A stretch of 41,290 nucleotides of DNA from a virus (Duplodnaviria; Caudoviricetes): positions 1 to 41,290 of IMG/VR virus record IMGVR_UViG_3300040971_000086; one strand, given 5' to 3'. Position numbers and translations under genes: made by a program. A model generated the notes under the pieces. The model made no database searches. It was given only the letters and a program-made list of their open reading frames with translations, and was not told the origin of the DNA. Numbering within the stretch: position 1 is the stretch's first letter; every line of letters starts with the position of its first letter. Positions 9,103 through 18,934 of the stretch are shown here, piece by piece.

Positions 9103-10104
9103 TTAAAAAGCCGACAGTTTGTATTCCGGTTCAAAGTTTTTAAGGGTAATTAAAACAGGAGATATGACTTCTGTGGTGCCATCATTTAATAATAGGTTTG
9201 CAGCCTCTACGCCTATGCTTATGTCTGGGATACGAGGGTCTGCGCCTTTTATGTCTGTTGGGATTTTCTTATAGTAACATTTCGGGAATTCTACTTCCAT
9301 TTCTCCAAATACCCCGCTATTAAACAGGCTTGCAATAGTGAATGGTGTATGTTTGTCAATACTTGGGCCGTTTTCGCCTCCCCAGTAATCTTCTAATTTA
9401 TCCTTGCAATCGTCTTCCATTTTAATACCCAGGCTTGAACTGCCTGCGCCTGGTTTAATATAGTAAGGGAACCTGCTGCCCTGTCCTCTGCCGTCTTCTA
9501 CTTTAACACCGTTTCCATATTCCCAAGACCATGATTTAACATCTGGACTTATATCTGCGCCGTCTAATTGCGTAGATACATTATAAAACGCCATAGGGAA
9601 CAACTCACTGTCCGGTTCATTTAGTTCTGTCCTTAATTCTGCTTTCGTGTCCTGTTGCGCAAACATATCCAATTTGGCAATAGCCAAGTCTGCTTCTACA
9701 TTAATATTAAGTTTATCAATTATGCAGCCACTAATAACATGTTCAAAGGTGTCCTTCCCTGTCCGGGTTGTAAAAGACTTTAATTCATAATCTGGTGTTG
9801 CATAGAACTCGTGAACATTAGGCAATTCCCCAGTTCCCGCAGTGTACTTATATCCACCCAGGCCCCACTTTAAAAACCACCCGATAGTATTAATATCTAC
9901 TGGGTATTCCATAGGCCCGGATAATGAATAAAATCCTGGTATATGGTCTTTTTGAAACCTGTTAAGTGTTGGGATAGGGATATTTGGGTCGTCTGGGACA
10001 TCTAAGCCCATTGCGGCGACATCTATGTCATAAGTCATCGGTGCGTCTTGTGCTTCCCCGAATTCCGCCTCTTCTTTAATTCCTACATATCTTTTATCTG
10101 CCAT
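9103..10104 (-). CDS. Major tail (tube) protein
   Basis: 333 aa, acidic; N-terminal YVGIKEEAEFG and an SGCIIDKLNI motif like phage tail tube proteins; canonical position. Confidence 0.8.
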   Translation of the reverse strand: MADKRYVGIKEEAEFGEAQDAPMTYDIDVAAMGLDVPDDPNIPIPTLNRFQKDHIPGFYSLSGPMEYPVDINTIGWFLKWGLGGYKYTAGTGELPNVHEFYATPDYELKSFTTRTGKDTFEHVISGCIIDKLNINVEADLAIAKLDMFAQQDTKAELRTELNEPDSELFPMAFYNVSTQLDGADISPDVKSWSWEYGNGVKVEDGRGQGSRFPYYIKPGAGSSSLGIKMEDDCKDKLEDYWGGENGPSIDKHTPFTIASLFNSGVFGEMEVEFPKCYYKKIPTDIKGADPRIPDISIGVEAANLLLNDGTTEVISPVLITLKNFEPEYKLSAF

Positions 10105-10140
10105 ACTTTTTATCTCCCTTAATATCTCTTTAATCTTAAA

Positions 10141-10587
10141 TTACCATAATATGTGATGTTCTAATTGAATAATAGAAGTAGTTAATAGTCCTTTCTTTGT
10201 TTTTTCTGGGTATATTTTAAAGTCCGCAACCTGGGTGTTCCTTACTTCATCTTTTAAAGTTAACCAGTCCGGTTCTGTGCGGAAGTTACTTAATACTGTT
10301 AAAGCGGTATCCAGGCTTAAATCATGCGCTTCTGTCTTTGTTCCCTTAACTATGATGCCTATTAATGTGTTTAACTTTTCGGGTCTGTTTGCTTCACCCA
10401 TTGTCTGCCTAAAACCCGCGCCTTGAACATAACTGGTTGCCACTGCGCCTTTATAAACATTTAAGTCCTCTGGGAAACCTCTTAAAACCGTGTTAAATAA
10501 ACCAGTAGAGGTTAATAAATCCGTTAAATTAGTATTCGCGGTTTTAATGCGCTCATATTCACTCGATATTTGATAGCCATTGCTCAA
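10141..10587 (-). CDS. Putative tail terminator/completion protein
   Basis: 148 aa, immediately upstream of the major tail gene; assigned by synteny. Confidence 0.55.
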   Translation of the reverse strand: MSNGYQISSEYERIKTANTNLTDLLTSTGLFNTVLRGFPEDLNVYKGAVATSYVQGAGFRQTMGEANRPEKLNTLIGIIVKGTKTEAHDLSLDTALTVLSNFRTEPDWLTLKDEVRNTQVADFKIYPEKTKKGLLTTSIIQLEHHILW

Positions 10588-10933
10588 ATGCTTCTACCTC
10601 CTGGTTTATTAATGGTTCTGCATTGTCTTTTCCCCTGTCAAAGTAAGGGTTCCCTGGGTAATTCCTTTTAATACCTTGCAGTATAACATAGAGCGCATAA
10701 GATGCCCTGCCTAAATCTGGGAAAATTAATCTTTCATAGTCTGCGGTGGGTTCAACCGTGGTCGCGCCTTGCAGATTATGCGTTATAAAAGGAGATTCTT
10801 CTATTACTTGGCGCTGCGTTATAAGCGCGCTTTCATTAACCAGGTTAAGAAAACGCCCAGGTAATTCATTTACTTTGTTATCTAACGCAGCAAGTAATGA
10901 AGAGGAGAACTCAATATGTATCGCTCCGGACAT
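10559..10933 (-). CDS. HK97 gp10-like neck/tail completion protein
   Basis: SPFITHNL...SYALYV..G...PGNPYFDRG matches the gp10-like pattern (P..TG.L / YA.YVE.G / PF). Confidence 0.65.
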   Translation of the reverse strand: MSGAIHIEFSSSLLAALDNKVNELPGRFLNLVNESALITQRQVIEESPFITHNLQGATTVEPTADYERLIFPDLGRASYALYVILQGIKRNYPGNPYFDRGKDNAEPLINQEVEAFEQWLSNIE

Positions 10934-10946
10934 ATAACCCTCCGGA

Positions 10947-11372
10947 CTATAATATTATCTCTTCAAGAGAGTATCTGGTGCTTTTATGGCTTTGGCTTAC
11001 TATATAAGGGTCGGCTTCCGCGTCCTGGGTCTTTTTAAGTTCCTGGTCTATATATGCGGTTAACATTGCCTGCGCCTGTTCCATATAAAAGTCAACACCT
11101 GTATTCTCATCACTATTAGAGTTAAATAAGGGTTGTAATGCTTCTGCCGTCGCATAGTGGGTCGCGGCTTGCTTTATTGCGGGAGGTATTTGGGAAGGTA
11201 CTGTTAACCCATGCTTTCCCAGGTTAATATCTACCCAGGCATTAGCCCCAGAAAGAGCCTCTAACATTAATGCGTCCTCTGGGGGTTGTCCGGTTACTTG
11301 CAAGCGGGCTTTAACTCCCTCATAACTGCCATAATAACCCGTTAAATCTGGGTTGTCTGTTGTTAGTCCCAT
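10947..11372 (-). CDS. Head-tail adaptor (gp15/gp6/Mu gp36-like)
   Basis: YGSYEGVKARL...ALSGANAWVDINL...IPPAIKQAATHYA is an adaptor-type helical pattern; synteny agrees. Confidence 0.7.
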   Translation of the reverse strand: MGLTTDNPDLTGYYGSYEGVKARLQVTGQPPEDALMLEALSGANAWVDINLGKHGLTVPSQIPPAIKQAATHYATAEALQPLFNSNSDENTGVDFYMEQAQAMLTAYIDQELKKTQDAEADPYIVSQSHKSTRYSLEEIIL

Positions 11373-11386
11373 TTAAATCTCCTTTA

Positions 11387-11758
11387 TTATCTCATTTCAG
11401 GGATACCTGCGGGTTTTATAGATACTGCGATTACTTTATACTTCGCACCGAGAGTGGCATTCACTTTAAGGTTCGCAGACCCATGCGTTCCTTCAACAAA
11501 GGTCGCAGCCTCTACTACATTAGTAGGGGTAACAAAGACCAAAGACGGGGCAACACCCAAATCATGAGGGATACTTTCCTCTGCGCCTGTTCCTGTCAAT
11601 TCCGCGCTTTTAAATACTACTACAATAGAAGGAGGCTCTTCTAAGACACGATACATTAATTTAACCGCATCATATAAGGCCTTCTGTATTCCTCCTTTAT
11701 ACCTGCGCATCTTGGGATAACTTGGGAAAAATTCTTGTTCAATATCATCTAATGCCAT
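11387..11758 (-). CDS. Hypothetical virion protein (possible head fibre/decoration)
   Basis: 123 aa directly downstream of the capsid gene; IPHDLGVAPSLVFVTP resembles H.LG..P fibre-type motifs; GGAGATG RBS. Confidence 0.5.
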   Translation of the reverse strand: MALDDIEQEFFPSYPKMRRYKGGIQKALYDAVKLMYRVLEEPPSIVVVFKSAELTGTGAEESIPHDLGVAPSLVFVTPTNVVEAATFVEGTHGSANLKVNATLGAKYKVIAVSIKPAGIPEMR

Positions 11759-11821
11759 AAATTACATCTCCAAATTATTAAAAAAATAATAATAAAAATA
11801 ATAATAAACAGGGTTTATTAT

Positions 11822-12769
11822 TTATCTGGTTAAAGCCCCGGCCATTGCACCTAATGGTTCCTGGTTACTGTATCCAAGTTCACACCAAATATCTACACCT
11901 TTATTATAAGGATATTCTGGCTCTGTGAAATGGTTTATGTTGATAAGGCTATCTGGGACATTAAGGTTTTTCTGTTGCCCTTCAAGTTCTGCTTTTCTTA
12001 GTGTAGAAAATTCTGGACTAACATACTTTTCTATAATACCAGGTGGTAATCTGGTATCCATTCCCAGGAATTCTATGCCTTGCAATTCATTAAACGCATC
12101 GCCTACATTGAAATATTTGGTACCGTCAACATTTATTTCTTCGCTGTTAAAAGGCCAGTCCATGCTCATATAGTAGTCTTCGAGAGTTTGGTATCTTGCA
12201 CCGTCCAGGAATACCTTATTTAATTGAAAGGGGCTTTGTTCATTTAGCCCTGCGGGATTGCGCATTGCATACCTCATTTTAAGGCTGTCGCTCCGTGGGT
12301 CTGCTGCCACTCTCCAATCACTTAAATCTTGTGGAGGTGTTGCGCCTGCACCGTTAACCAGGCCATTTAATATAATCCGGTTAATTTTCATTGCCATACC
12401 TGCGCCTATCTTAGATAATGCGAGGGTTAATCTTGCGCCTGCGCTGCTCCTGTTAAGGAATTTTTCACTGTATCTAAATTTATATCCTGCGGCATTGGTA
12501 TTCCCTAATACTGCGTTTAGAGGGGTTATCTCCACCTCGGTTAACTCGGAGGCTTCTTCGGTGTCCAGTGGTTCACCCATTACCCCGTCTGCGGTGTCTT
12601 GTGCCGCTGTTGGTTGTCTTAATACAGTAGGGAACTCTCCGGTATCATTGGGAGCGGCAGGTAACACATCTAAAAAGGGCAATGATGGTTCCATATTCTG
12701 CATTAAATAATATTCCATGTTATGTTTCCTTAAAAGGAATTCTGGGCTTAAAACTTTAAGTTTACTCAT
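11822..12769 (-). CDS. Major capsid protein (HK97-fold inferred)
   Basis: ~315 aa after the scaffold and cement genes; EASELTEV and GYKFRYSEKFL fit HK97-type capsid patterns. Start is ATG at 12769. Confidence 0.75.
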   Translation of the reverse strand: MSKLKVLSPEFLLRKHNMEYYLMQNMEPSLPFLDVLPAAPNDTGEFPTVLRQPTAAQDTADGVMGEPLDTEEASELTEVEITPLNAVLGNTNAAGYKFRYSEKFLNRSSAGARLTLALSKIGAGMAMKINRIILNGLVNGAGATPPQDLSDWRVAADPRSDSLKMRYAMRNPAGLNEQSPFQLNKVFLDGARYQTLEDYYMSMDWPFNSEEINVDGTKYFNVGDAFNELQGIEFLGMDTRLPPGIIEKYVSPEFSTLRKAELEGQQKNLNVPDSLININHFTEPEYPYNKGVDIWCELGYSNQEPLGAMAGALTR

Positions 12770-12812
12770 TGTTCTCACATCTCAAAAGCATAAATTAATA
12801 AATAACTATAAA

Positions 12813-13319
12813 TTAACCTTTAAATCCAAGGGCAACAGGTATTTTCGCGCCTGTGTTTGCATCTGCACCTATCAAAGCAATTACATTCGTTGCAGCAACA
12901 GATTTATCCCAGGTCTGCGCAGTATTTGCCCCCAGAACTAAACTATCCCCTGCCTCAATCTCTGCGTTTGCAGGCTCTAATGTAACCATGCTTATTTTAT
13001 CCGCCGCTACTTCAACAGTTAACTTCCGTCTTTCATAATCTCCGGATAAGGCGGGAGCGGTGGGCTGCATTCCCCTATGGGTGGGTTTGGTGATTGCCTG
13101 CCCAATTATTAAAGTATCTCCTGCATCGCAGTTTTCCACCCGCATATCTCCAATCAATTTCACATAATTACCCGGCATTATTTTATTACTATATACGGGG
13201 CCTGTGGTTTCCCCACCTATGCCGTCCAGGGTTTCCATAGTCCTGTCGCCTTCTTCTGCTTCAAAGGTTATACGAGGGCCTAATTTGCCGAATTCTCTTA
13301 ATTCTACCATGATATCCAA
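12813..13319 (-). CDS. Capsid cement/decoration protein
   Basis: 168 aa, beta-rich (EIEAGDSLVLG, IIGQAI), between the scaffold and capsid genes. Confidence 0.6.
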   Translation of the reverse strand: MDIMVELREFGKLGPRITFEAEEGDRTMETLDGIGGETTGPVYSNKIMPGNYVKLIGDMRVENCDAGDTLIIGQAITKPTHRGMQPTAPALSGDYERRKLTVEVAADKISMVTLEPANAEIEAGDSLVLGANTAQTWDKSVAATNVIALIGADANTGAKIPVALGFKG

Positions 13320-13355
13320 ATCCTCTGTTTTATATTAATTTTAATTTAATTTTAT

Positions 13356-14378
13356 TTATTTGTCTTGCTTATCTTGCCCGGTGGCTTTAAGATAAGCGTC
13401 GTATGATTGGTCTTCTGTATCTTCTGGGTTGTTTGCCTGTGCCTGGGATAATTTCTTTAAATCTACAACCACAGGGGCATCGTCCATACTGGTTTTATAT
13501 TCTTCTGGGGTGGCCATTGCCATTGCTACATGGGATTTTACTTGCTTTGCAAACAATTTCCCCTCTTTGAGATATTTGTTAACAATGCCTGCGGCTTCTG
13601 CATGCGCGGCTTCTGCTTTGGAGGCTTTTAATTCTTTTTCCAGTTTTTTAATTCTTTTTATTGCTTCGCTGTCCGCAGCAGAGGCTTCAACTCCTTTCTC
13701 CTCTTCTGGGTCTTCGCCCTCCTTTTCTTGTTTTTCTCCGTCTTCCAGGGTTGTTACTCTATCCGATATGTCTTTAACTGTTTTAGCCATTTCGGTTAAT
13801 TGTTCAGCCACGGTTTCCAGAGTAACTTCGTCACCATCTCCGCCTTCAAGTTTATTGTCTTTTCCAGTTTTATCTACCATCATATCACCTTTTAAAATAG
13901 TCTTTGCATTTAACATCATGGGTGCGTCCACCTTACAGGTTTCGCAACCGCCTTTGCCCACGAAATCAACTCTATTAATAGTATTATACTCTTCAATATA
14001 GTCCACTTCGCCAGTAAGGCAGGGCCTGGGCTTAATATTTGATACTATGCTTACTGCGCCCAGTTCACCCGCAGCATATAAACTTTTTATCTGCGGGTTT
14101 GTTAACTCCGCCTGTTTAATGTGGATTGCACCCGCTTTTAATTCAACTTCTCTAATCTCTCCCACATTTAAGAGGTTCATCTTTGCCAATATAGGGTTAC
14201 TGGCAAGAACCTCGTCTTTAATATGGTCTATACCTATCGGGATAGGGAGATTTGCTTTCAATAATGCATAATCTCTTGCCAAACTTTCAGTAGTAACTTT
14301 AAGTTTAACAGGTTTATTATCAATCCAAAGTTTATGAACACCCTCTGCCCAAATAATTCCACTTTTAATCATATACAA
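13356..14378 (-). CDS. Prohead protease/scaffolding protein (Mu I-like architecture)
   Basis: N-terminal globular part (IPIGIDH, GAVSIV, VDFVGKGG) followed by an acidic coiled coil (VNKYLKEGKL). Confidence 0.7.
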   Translation of the reverse strand: MYMIKSGIIWAEGVHKLWIDNKPVKLKVTTESLARDYALLKANLPIPIGIDHIKDEVLASNPILAKMNLLNVGEIREVELKAGAIHIKQAELTNPQIKSLYAAGELGAVSIVSNIKPRPCLTGEVDYIEEYNTINRVDFVGKGGCETCKVDAPMMLNAKTILKGDMMVDKTGKDNKLEGGDGDEVTLETVAEQLTEMAKTVKDISDRVTTLEDGEKQEKEGEDPEEEKGVEASAADSEAIKRIKKLEKELKASKAEAAHAEAAGIVNKYLKEGKLFAKQVKSHVAMAMATPEEYKTSMDDAPVVVDLKKLSQAQANNPEDTEDQSYDAYLKATGQDKQDK

Positions 14379-14472
14379 ATACCCTCTTTAAAATAAAAAA
14401 AACAAATCAAAAAAATATCTTTTAAATAATTAAAAAATAAGAAAAAAGACAAATAGGGGGGTAACAAATTTG

Positions 14473-14499
14473 CCTTCATATAATAGTAGTTACTAATTT
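14473..14499 (-). promoter_or_regulatory. 27-bp element, copy 1; putative late promoter
   Basis: - strand AAATTAGTAACTACTATTATATGAAGG, identical to 26497..26523; lies upstream of the protease-capsid-tail operon. Confidence 0.7.
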
Positions 14500-14539
14500 A
14501 AACCAACACCCCAGGCCAATAAATTAAAACTAATATTTT

Positions 14540-16465
14540 TTATATCCCTTTCCGCGCAGACGCATTATATAACACATTGCGGATAAGCACATCACCAGTC
14601 CCATTCTTGCAGAATACCCTTAATATTAATTCCCGGGCCACCGGAGATTTATAACGCACCAATATATTCATAGGTTTGCCTGTTATCTCCTGCATAGTCT
14701 GCTCTGCAAGTGGTAAGGCCGTATCATCAACCAGTGGGTCATTAAAAGGGTCAATAACTTGTAATTTAACCTCTCCATTATTAAAAGTTTTAACTGCATT
14801 GCAGCGGAACTTTAATAACCTATTTGCAGGCGCAGAAATAGGGTAATCTTTGAATACTGGGCTGTCCTCGCTTTCACAGATAAATTTAAGGCCACCAGGC
14901 ACAGTTTCCACCTGTCCACCTTTACACCAAGCCCGGTAATCCCCAGGTATCCGGTTATGATTAAAAGACTCAATTATAATATAGTCTTTTCCAGAAATAT
15001 TCTCTATCTGTCCTTCAAATAAGCAATTATTGAATTTGGCAGGGCAATGCATTTTAAGACCATTAATACCTTGCTCGTCTATAATGCTGCAATCATTAAA
15101 TACCATATTTGGAAAATTCATAACCCCGCCCATATTAGGCGTAAACGCCCCTCCAATACTTGAATTAATATAAACCGTATTGCATGGGTGTACCATGCTA
15201 TTTAAATTCTTAACAGTCATATTTTCTGTAATGCCTACTGCGGGAGGGTTCCATGTGTTTTGTGTTACACAGTCAATCATTTTAAACCTGCCCCCGTAGC
15301 ATGGGCCTCCTTGGAAACCTATGCATCTTTTTAAAACCCCAGACCCATTATGTGCCGCTCCTGCGTTGGCGGTTTCACAGGTCATACAGTCTTCTAATAA
15401 TACATTTTCACACCTCATAAACATTATTCTGCCTTTTCTTATTGTGCAATGTTTAGCAACATAATTCTCTTGCGGGGCTGTATTCTCATTAAACCCTGCG
15501 AATGCTGCGTTATCGATGCATAGTCCTTCTAAATGGATATTATACTCTATCCCTGTGGATAAATAGGCGGTTGTTCCGGAGGTTCTCATTAATTTAATGG
15601 TCTTTGAAACGATACCTATATAATCGCCTTTTAATCTTGCTGTTTGAAGGCCATTTGTCAATGTTATTGTTTTTGTTTCTGCATTATATGATTGGACTGT
15701 ATATATACCGTTATTTGTTTCAGTCATTGCCCCAAAGACTGTTCCAGTCCCAATAGATATTATATCTCCGGCTTTTAAGTCCAAGTCTTCTTTTAATGGT
15801 ATCTCTGTCTCATTTACTCCCGCGTCTGCGCTTATTTGAGCAAATTCCTTTTCATTATACCAACCCGCCGCTCTTATAGTGGGGACATTAATTTTTCCAG
15901 TAGCATTAAATATAAGTGTGCATCTGCTCTCCGTCCCTGCATTAGGCCTTTCTATTTCATTAATATAACTTACTTTATTCGTGGGGTCTGTTCCGTCTTT
16001 ATAATGTACATAACAATTATTGGTTTCCCTGTCCATATAAAAACTATTAGGGTTATCCTCCACTTCATTTATGTTATTTGCTTTATTAAGTACCTTAAAG
16101 CCTTCCAAATCTTCAACAATTGTTGCATAATAAACCGTTCCTGTTCCTACTACATAAGTATTTGATTTCCCAGGTACTAATTCAAAATTACCTATAAATC
16201 CTCTGTTCTGTCCCAGGTTTAATTTCCCTGTTCCTGTAATGTCCCCATTCATTTTAATACAGGTATTGACATCTTTTTTAAAATTTAATTGCCCGTTTAT
16301 ATCTATCCCATTGAGGCCATTAGCCACCCCAGATTGGTCTATATCTACTGTAACAATATAAGCCTCAGGGATTATGACTGTATCTCCATTTCCAGGGATT
16401 ACCCCTCCCTCCCAGGTGTTCACATTAGACCAGAACCCGAAATTTTTGCATGTTATAATTGCCAT
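14540..16465 (-). CDS. G8-like/beta-helix protein, possibly a virion-associated adhesin
   Basis: 641 aa; N-terminal WSNVNTWEGGVIPGNGDTVIIP is G8-like; central Cys/Asn-rich repeats (LEDC, LKRC, MIDC, FNDC, FNNC) suggest a parallel beta-helix. Confidence 0.6.
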   Translation of the reverse strand: MAIITCKNFGFWSNVNTWEGGVIPGNGDTVIIPEAYIVTVDIDQSGVANGLNGIDINGQLNFKKDVNTCIKMNGDITGTGKLNLGQNRGFIGNFELVPGKSNTYVVGTGTVYYATIVEDLEGFKVLNKANNINEVEDNPNSFYMDRETNNCYVHYKDGTDPTNKVSYINEIERPNAGTESRCTLIFNATGKINVPTIRAAGWYNEKEFAQISADAGVNETEIPLKEDLDLKAGDIISIGTGTVFGAMTETNNGIYTVQSYNAETKTITLTNGLQTARLKGDYIGIVSKTIKLMRTSGTTAYLSTGIEYNIHLEGLCIDNAAFAGFNENTAPQENYVAKHCTIRKGRIMFMRCENVLLEDCMTCETANAGAAHNGSGVLKRCIGFQGGPCYGGRFKMIDCVTQNTWNPPAVGITENMTVKNLNSMVHPCNTVYINSSIGGAFTPNMGGVMNFPNMVFNDCSIIDEQGINGLKMHCPAKFNNCLFEGQIENISGKDYIIIESFNHNRIPGDYRAWCKGGQVETVPGGLKFICESEDSPVFKDYPISAPANRLLKFRCNAVKTFNNGEVKLQVIDPFNDPLVDDTALPLAEQTMQEITGKPMNILVRYKSPVARELILRVFCKNGTGDVLIRNVLYNASARKGI

Positions 16466-16488
16466 ATTCTTCTCATCTCCTGCTTAAA

Positions 16489-16620
16489 TTATCTAATATT
16501 TCTAAATCTATGCCTATAAATACTCCTATCAGCAATCCAAGCATCATATAAGGGTCTGGTGCTGCAAGTAATATAATAAAAAAGGCTGCCGTATATAATC
16601 CCCATAACAGGCCTGCCCAT
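16489..16620 (-). CDS. Small hydrophobic protein (43 aa)
   Basis: Hand translation MGRPVMGLYTAAFFIILLAAPDPYMMLGLLIGVFIGIDLENIR; fills the intergenic gap. Confidence 0.4.
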   Translation of the reverse strand: MGRPVMGIIYGSLFYYITCSTRPLYDAWIADRSIYRHRFRNIR

Positions 16621-16633
16621 GGTTTATTAATTT

Positions 16634-16873
16634 TCATTCTTTTAATTCCTCTGGGTTCTCTTTAATTATCTCTATCGTCCCGTCTTCTAAGACCCTGGCT
16701 CTGCTAATAACCTCTGCGCAGGTTACTCTTTGCGGTTTGCCGCAATGCCAACACCTTTTATTAATTGCCTTTGTTACTGTTAACACCCGCGCAGCACCAG
16801 AATAATCTGTACTAATAGCAGGCCAGTATCCCCTGGGCAATCTTGTCCCGCATTTATCACAAAAGACTTGCAA
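16634..16873 (-). CDS. Zinc-ribbon protein
   Basis: CDKC...CWHC; overlaps the end of the upstream gene. Confidence 0.65.
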   Translation of the reverse strand: MQVFCDKCGTRLPRGYWPAISTDYSGAARVLTVTKAINKRCWHCGKPQRVTCAEVISRARVLEDGTIEIIKENPEELKE

Positions 16874-17588
16874 GGTATTCCTCCGGGGTTTTCGTTGAAT
16901 ATACTGCGACGCACCTGCAATTAGGGTGAAAAGGAGGTAACATGTGGCTATCGCTTATATCAAAGACTATGTTACCGTTATCATAAACTTCTCTACAATG
17001 CGGGCAGCAATTAGGGTCGGTTAATACTACAAAACTTTGCGCTCCCAGGTTTAACTTTGCCTGGGTATAATTAGAAAGGTTGCTTGCCCGCATAGTTTCC
17101 GTTCTTGCAATAACCTTTGCCCTGGTTTCAGTCATTCCAGAGATTTTCTGGGACATCTGCTTTGCAACCTCCCGCGGGGTTAACTGCGCATTATAACCGT
17201 CCAAAGCAATTTTTCTTAAATCTATTTTAAGGTCATCACCCATTCTTGCAACATAATGCATGGTGTTCTCACTTATAACCCCTTTAACCAGTTCCAAAGT
17301 CCCACCCCGTGGCAAAGTAGCATAGTCTGCGCCTTTAACTATCCCGTCTAATATGGTTTGAACCTCTACTGTGCGCGGGCCTTCTATAAAAATATTTTTA
17401 GTGGCATTTCCGCCCATCTTTGTTATCCACTGGTTTAATGTTTTGCTGTTCTGTGTTGCCCTGGTAACATCTGCATTTATATCTTTCATTAATTTATTAA
17501 AGCGGATTTCATTAATCTTTGTCTGTTTTTTTAGGCCTGTCATTGCCCTTATTTGTCTTGCCCTGTTTATTGCATCTTGCCTTCCCAT
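16857..17588 (-). CDS. Head morphogenesis protein (SPP1 gp7/Mu F family)
   Basis: RAKVIARTETMRASN and PPFHPNCRC are signature motifs; it follows the portal gene. Confidence 0.92.
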   Translation of the reverse strand: MGRQDAINRARQIRAMTGLKKQTKINEIRFNKLMKDINADVTRATQNSKTLNQWITKMGGNATKNIFIEGPRTVEVQTILDGIVKGADYATLPRGGTLELVKGVISENTMHYVARMGDDLKIDLRKIALDGYNAQLTPREVAKQMSQKISGMTETRAKVIARTETMRASNLSNYTQAKLNLGAQSFVVLTDPNCCPHCREVYDNGNIVFDISDSHMLPPFHPNCRCVAVYSTKTPEEYLASLL

Positions 17589-17602
17589 TTAATAGCCTCC
17601 AC

Positions 17603-18934
17603 TTATGGGAACAGGGCATTTAATTGCGCTTCCAATTGCGTATCTTCATCTCCGGCAATACTGCCGGGGTTTTCTGGGTTCTCCTCCATATTATACCCAC
17701 TTATATTCTCTTTATCTACAATTACCCCGGATAATTCCTTAACCGCGGCAGCCACTAATTCACGGAACCATGCGCTGTCCGCATCAATAGTCATATTATC
17801 TGTGTAAGGTTTAAGCGCGTTTAAAAGGCTTATTATGTCTTTATTCTCAAATTTCTCAAAACCAATCTTAGGAGGCTGCGCTGCGCTGTAATTCATATTA
17901 ACCAGGCGGGCAAAGTGTTTTTCCAGTGGTTCTGCTATTTCTTCATGCACACCGTCCAGAAGCATCTTTGTTACATCAAACTGCGTTTGGCTTTGCGCAT
18001 AACTCCCAGAGGTTGCGTCTTGCCCGAATAGCAGGGTTCCCAGGAATAAGCGGCGGAAAATAACATTATCATGTAAACCTATGGCTTTAAAAAAGCCTTC
18101 TCCCCTGTGCGCGCTTTCCAGTACAAAGACATCGTCGTCCTTGCCTATTGTCATCTGGGTTCGGCCTTCGCTTATTTCTTCTAATTGCTTATTCATTTTT
18201 TTAGCATATTTCGCATTGCTACTTTTCCCAATAGTGGTCGGGTTCTCGTTTTTCTGTAAGAATATTGCAAGCCATTTAAATATCTTGCTTTTAATAAAAA
18301 AGTTATCATAAATCTCTTCTAATATACTGTTTCCTTCGGGTTCGTCAAATTCCTCGTCAAAACTGTATAATAACACCTTATCAATAGGTATTGGTATTTT
18401 CTCTCCATCTACATCTTGTATTATGTTTATTAAGTCCCCATAATCATTATATTCAAATCTCTCTGGGTGTTCTAAGGTTTTCCTGTGGATACTGTAAAAT
18501 CCTTTTATCCTTATAAGGCCGTCTGTGCCTATTTTATATACTACTTCGCAGGCGCTAAACCCATAAGGCAGCGCAGTATATAGATTTTTTCTTACTTTGC
18601 GCATACTGGTTGAAAGGTCGCTTATGTTGTCCTCTACAAACTGCGCCGCTGCAATGTCTTCTGGTGCATCGCTTGCGCTTGTTATTTTTAATTCTCTACT
18701 TGCCAGGAACAGTTTAATGATGCTTACCCCTACTTTTATCTGCGGGTCTTTCATCATGCGGCGGTATTCTTTGTAACCCCTGCCCTTAACATAATCCATA
18801 TCGTACATTTCATCAAAGAGTTTATCTTTGTTATTACGGCCTGGGTGTCGGGAGGCTCTTTTAAATATTGCGGTGTTTGCTGCGCTTGCAGCGTTTAATA
18901 TTCTTGTTTTAATTTTCATAATAAACTTCTCCAA
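17603..18934 (-). CDS. Portal protein (DUF935/Mu gp29-like)
   Basis: 443 aa after TerL; ALPYGFSACEVVY and LGTLL....GSYAQSQTQ. Confidence 0.88.
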   Translation of the reverse strand: MEKFIMKIKTRILNAASAANTAIFKRASRHPGRNNKDKLFDEMYDMDYVKGRGYKEYRRMMKDPQIKVGVSIIKLFLASRELKITSASDAPEDIAAAQFVEDNISDLSTSMRKVRKNLYTALPYGFSACEVVYKIGTDGLIRIKGFYSIHRKTLEHPERFEYNDYGDLINIIQDVDGEKIPIPIDKVLLYSFDEEFDEPEGNSILEEIYDNFFIKSKIFKWLAIFLQKNENPTTIGKSSNAKYAKKMNKQLEEISEGRTQMTIGKDDDVFVLESAHRGEGFFKAIGLHDNVIFRRLFLGTLLFGQDATSGSYAQSQTQFDVTKMLLDGVHEEIAEPLEKHFARLVNMNYSAAQPPKIGFEKFENKDIISLLNALKPYTDNMTIDADSAWFRELVAAAVKELSGVIVDKENISGYNMEENPENPGSIAGDEDTQLEAQLNALFP

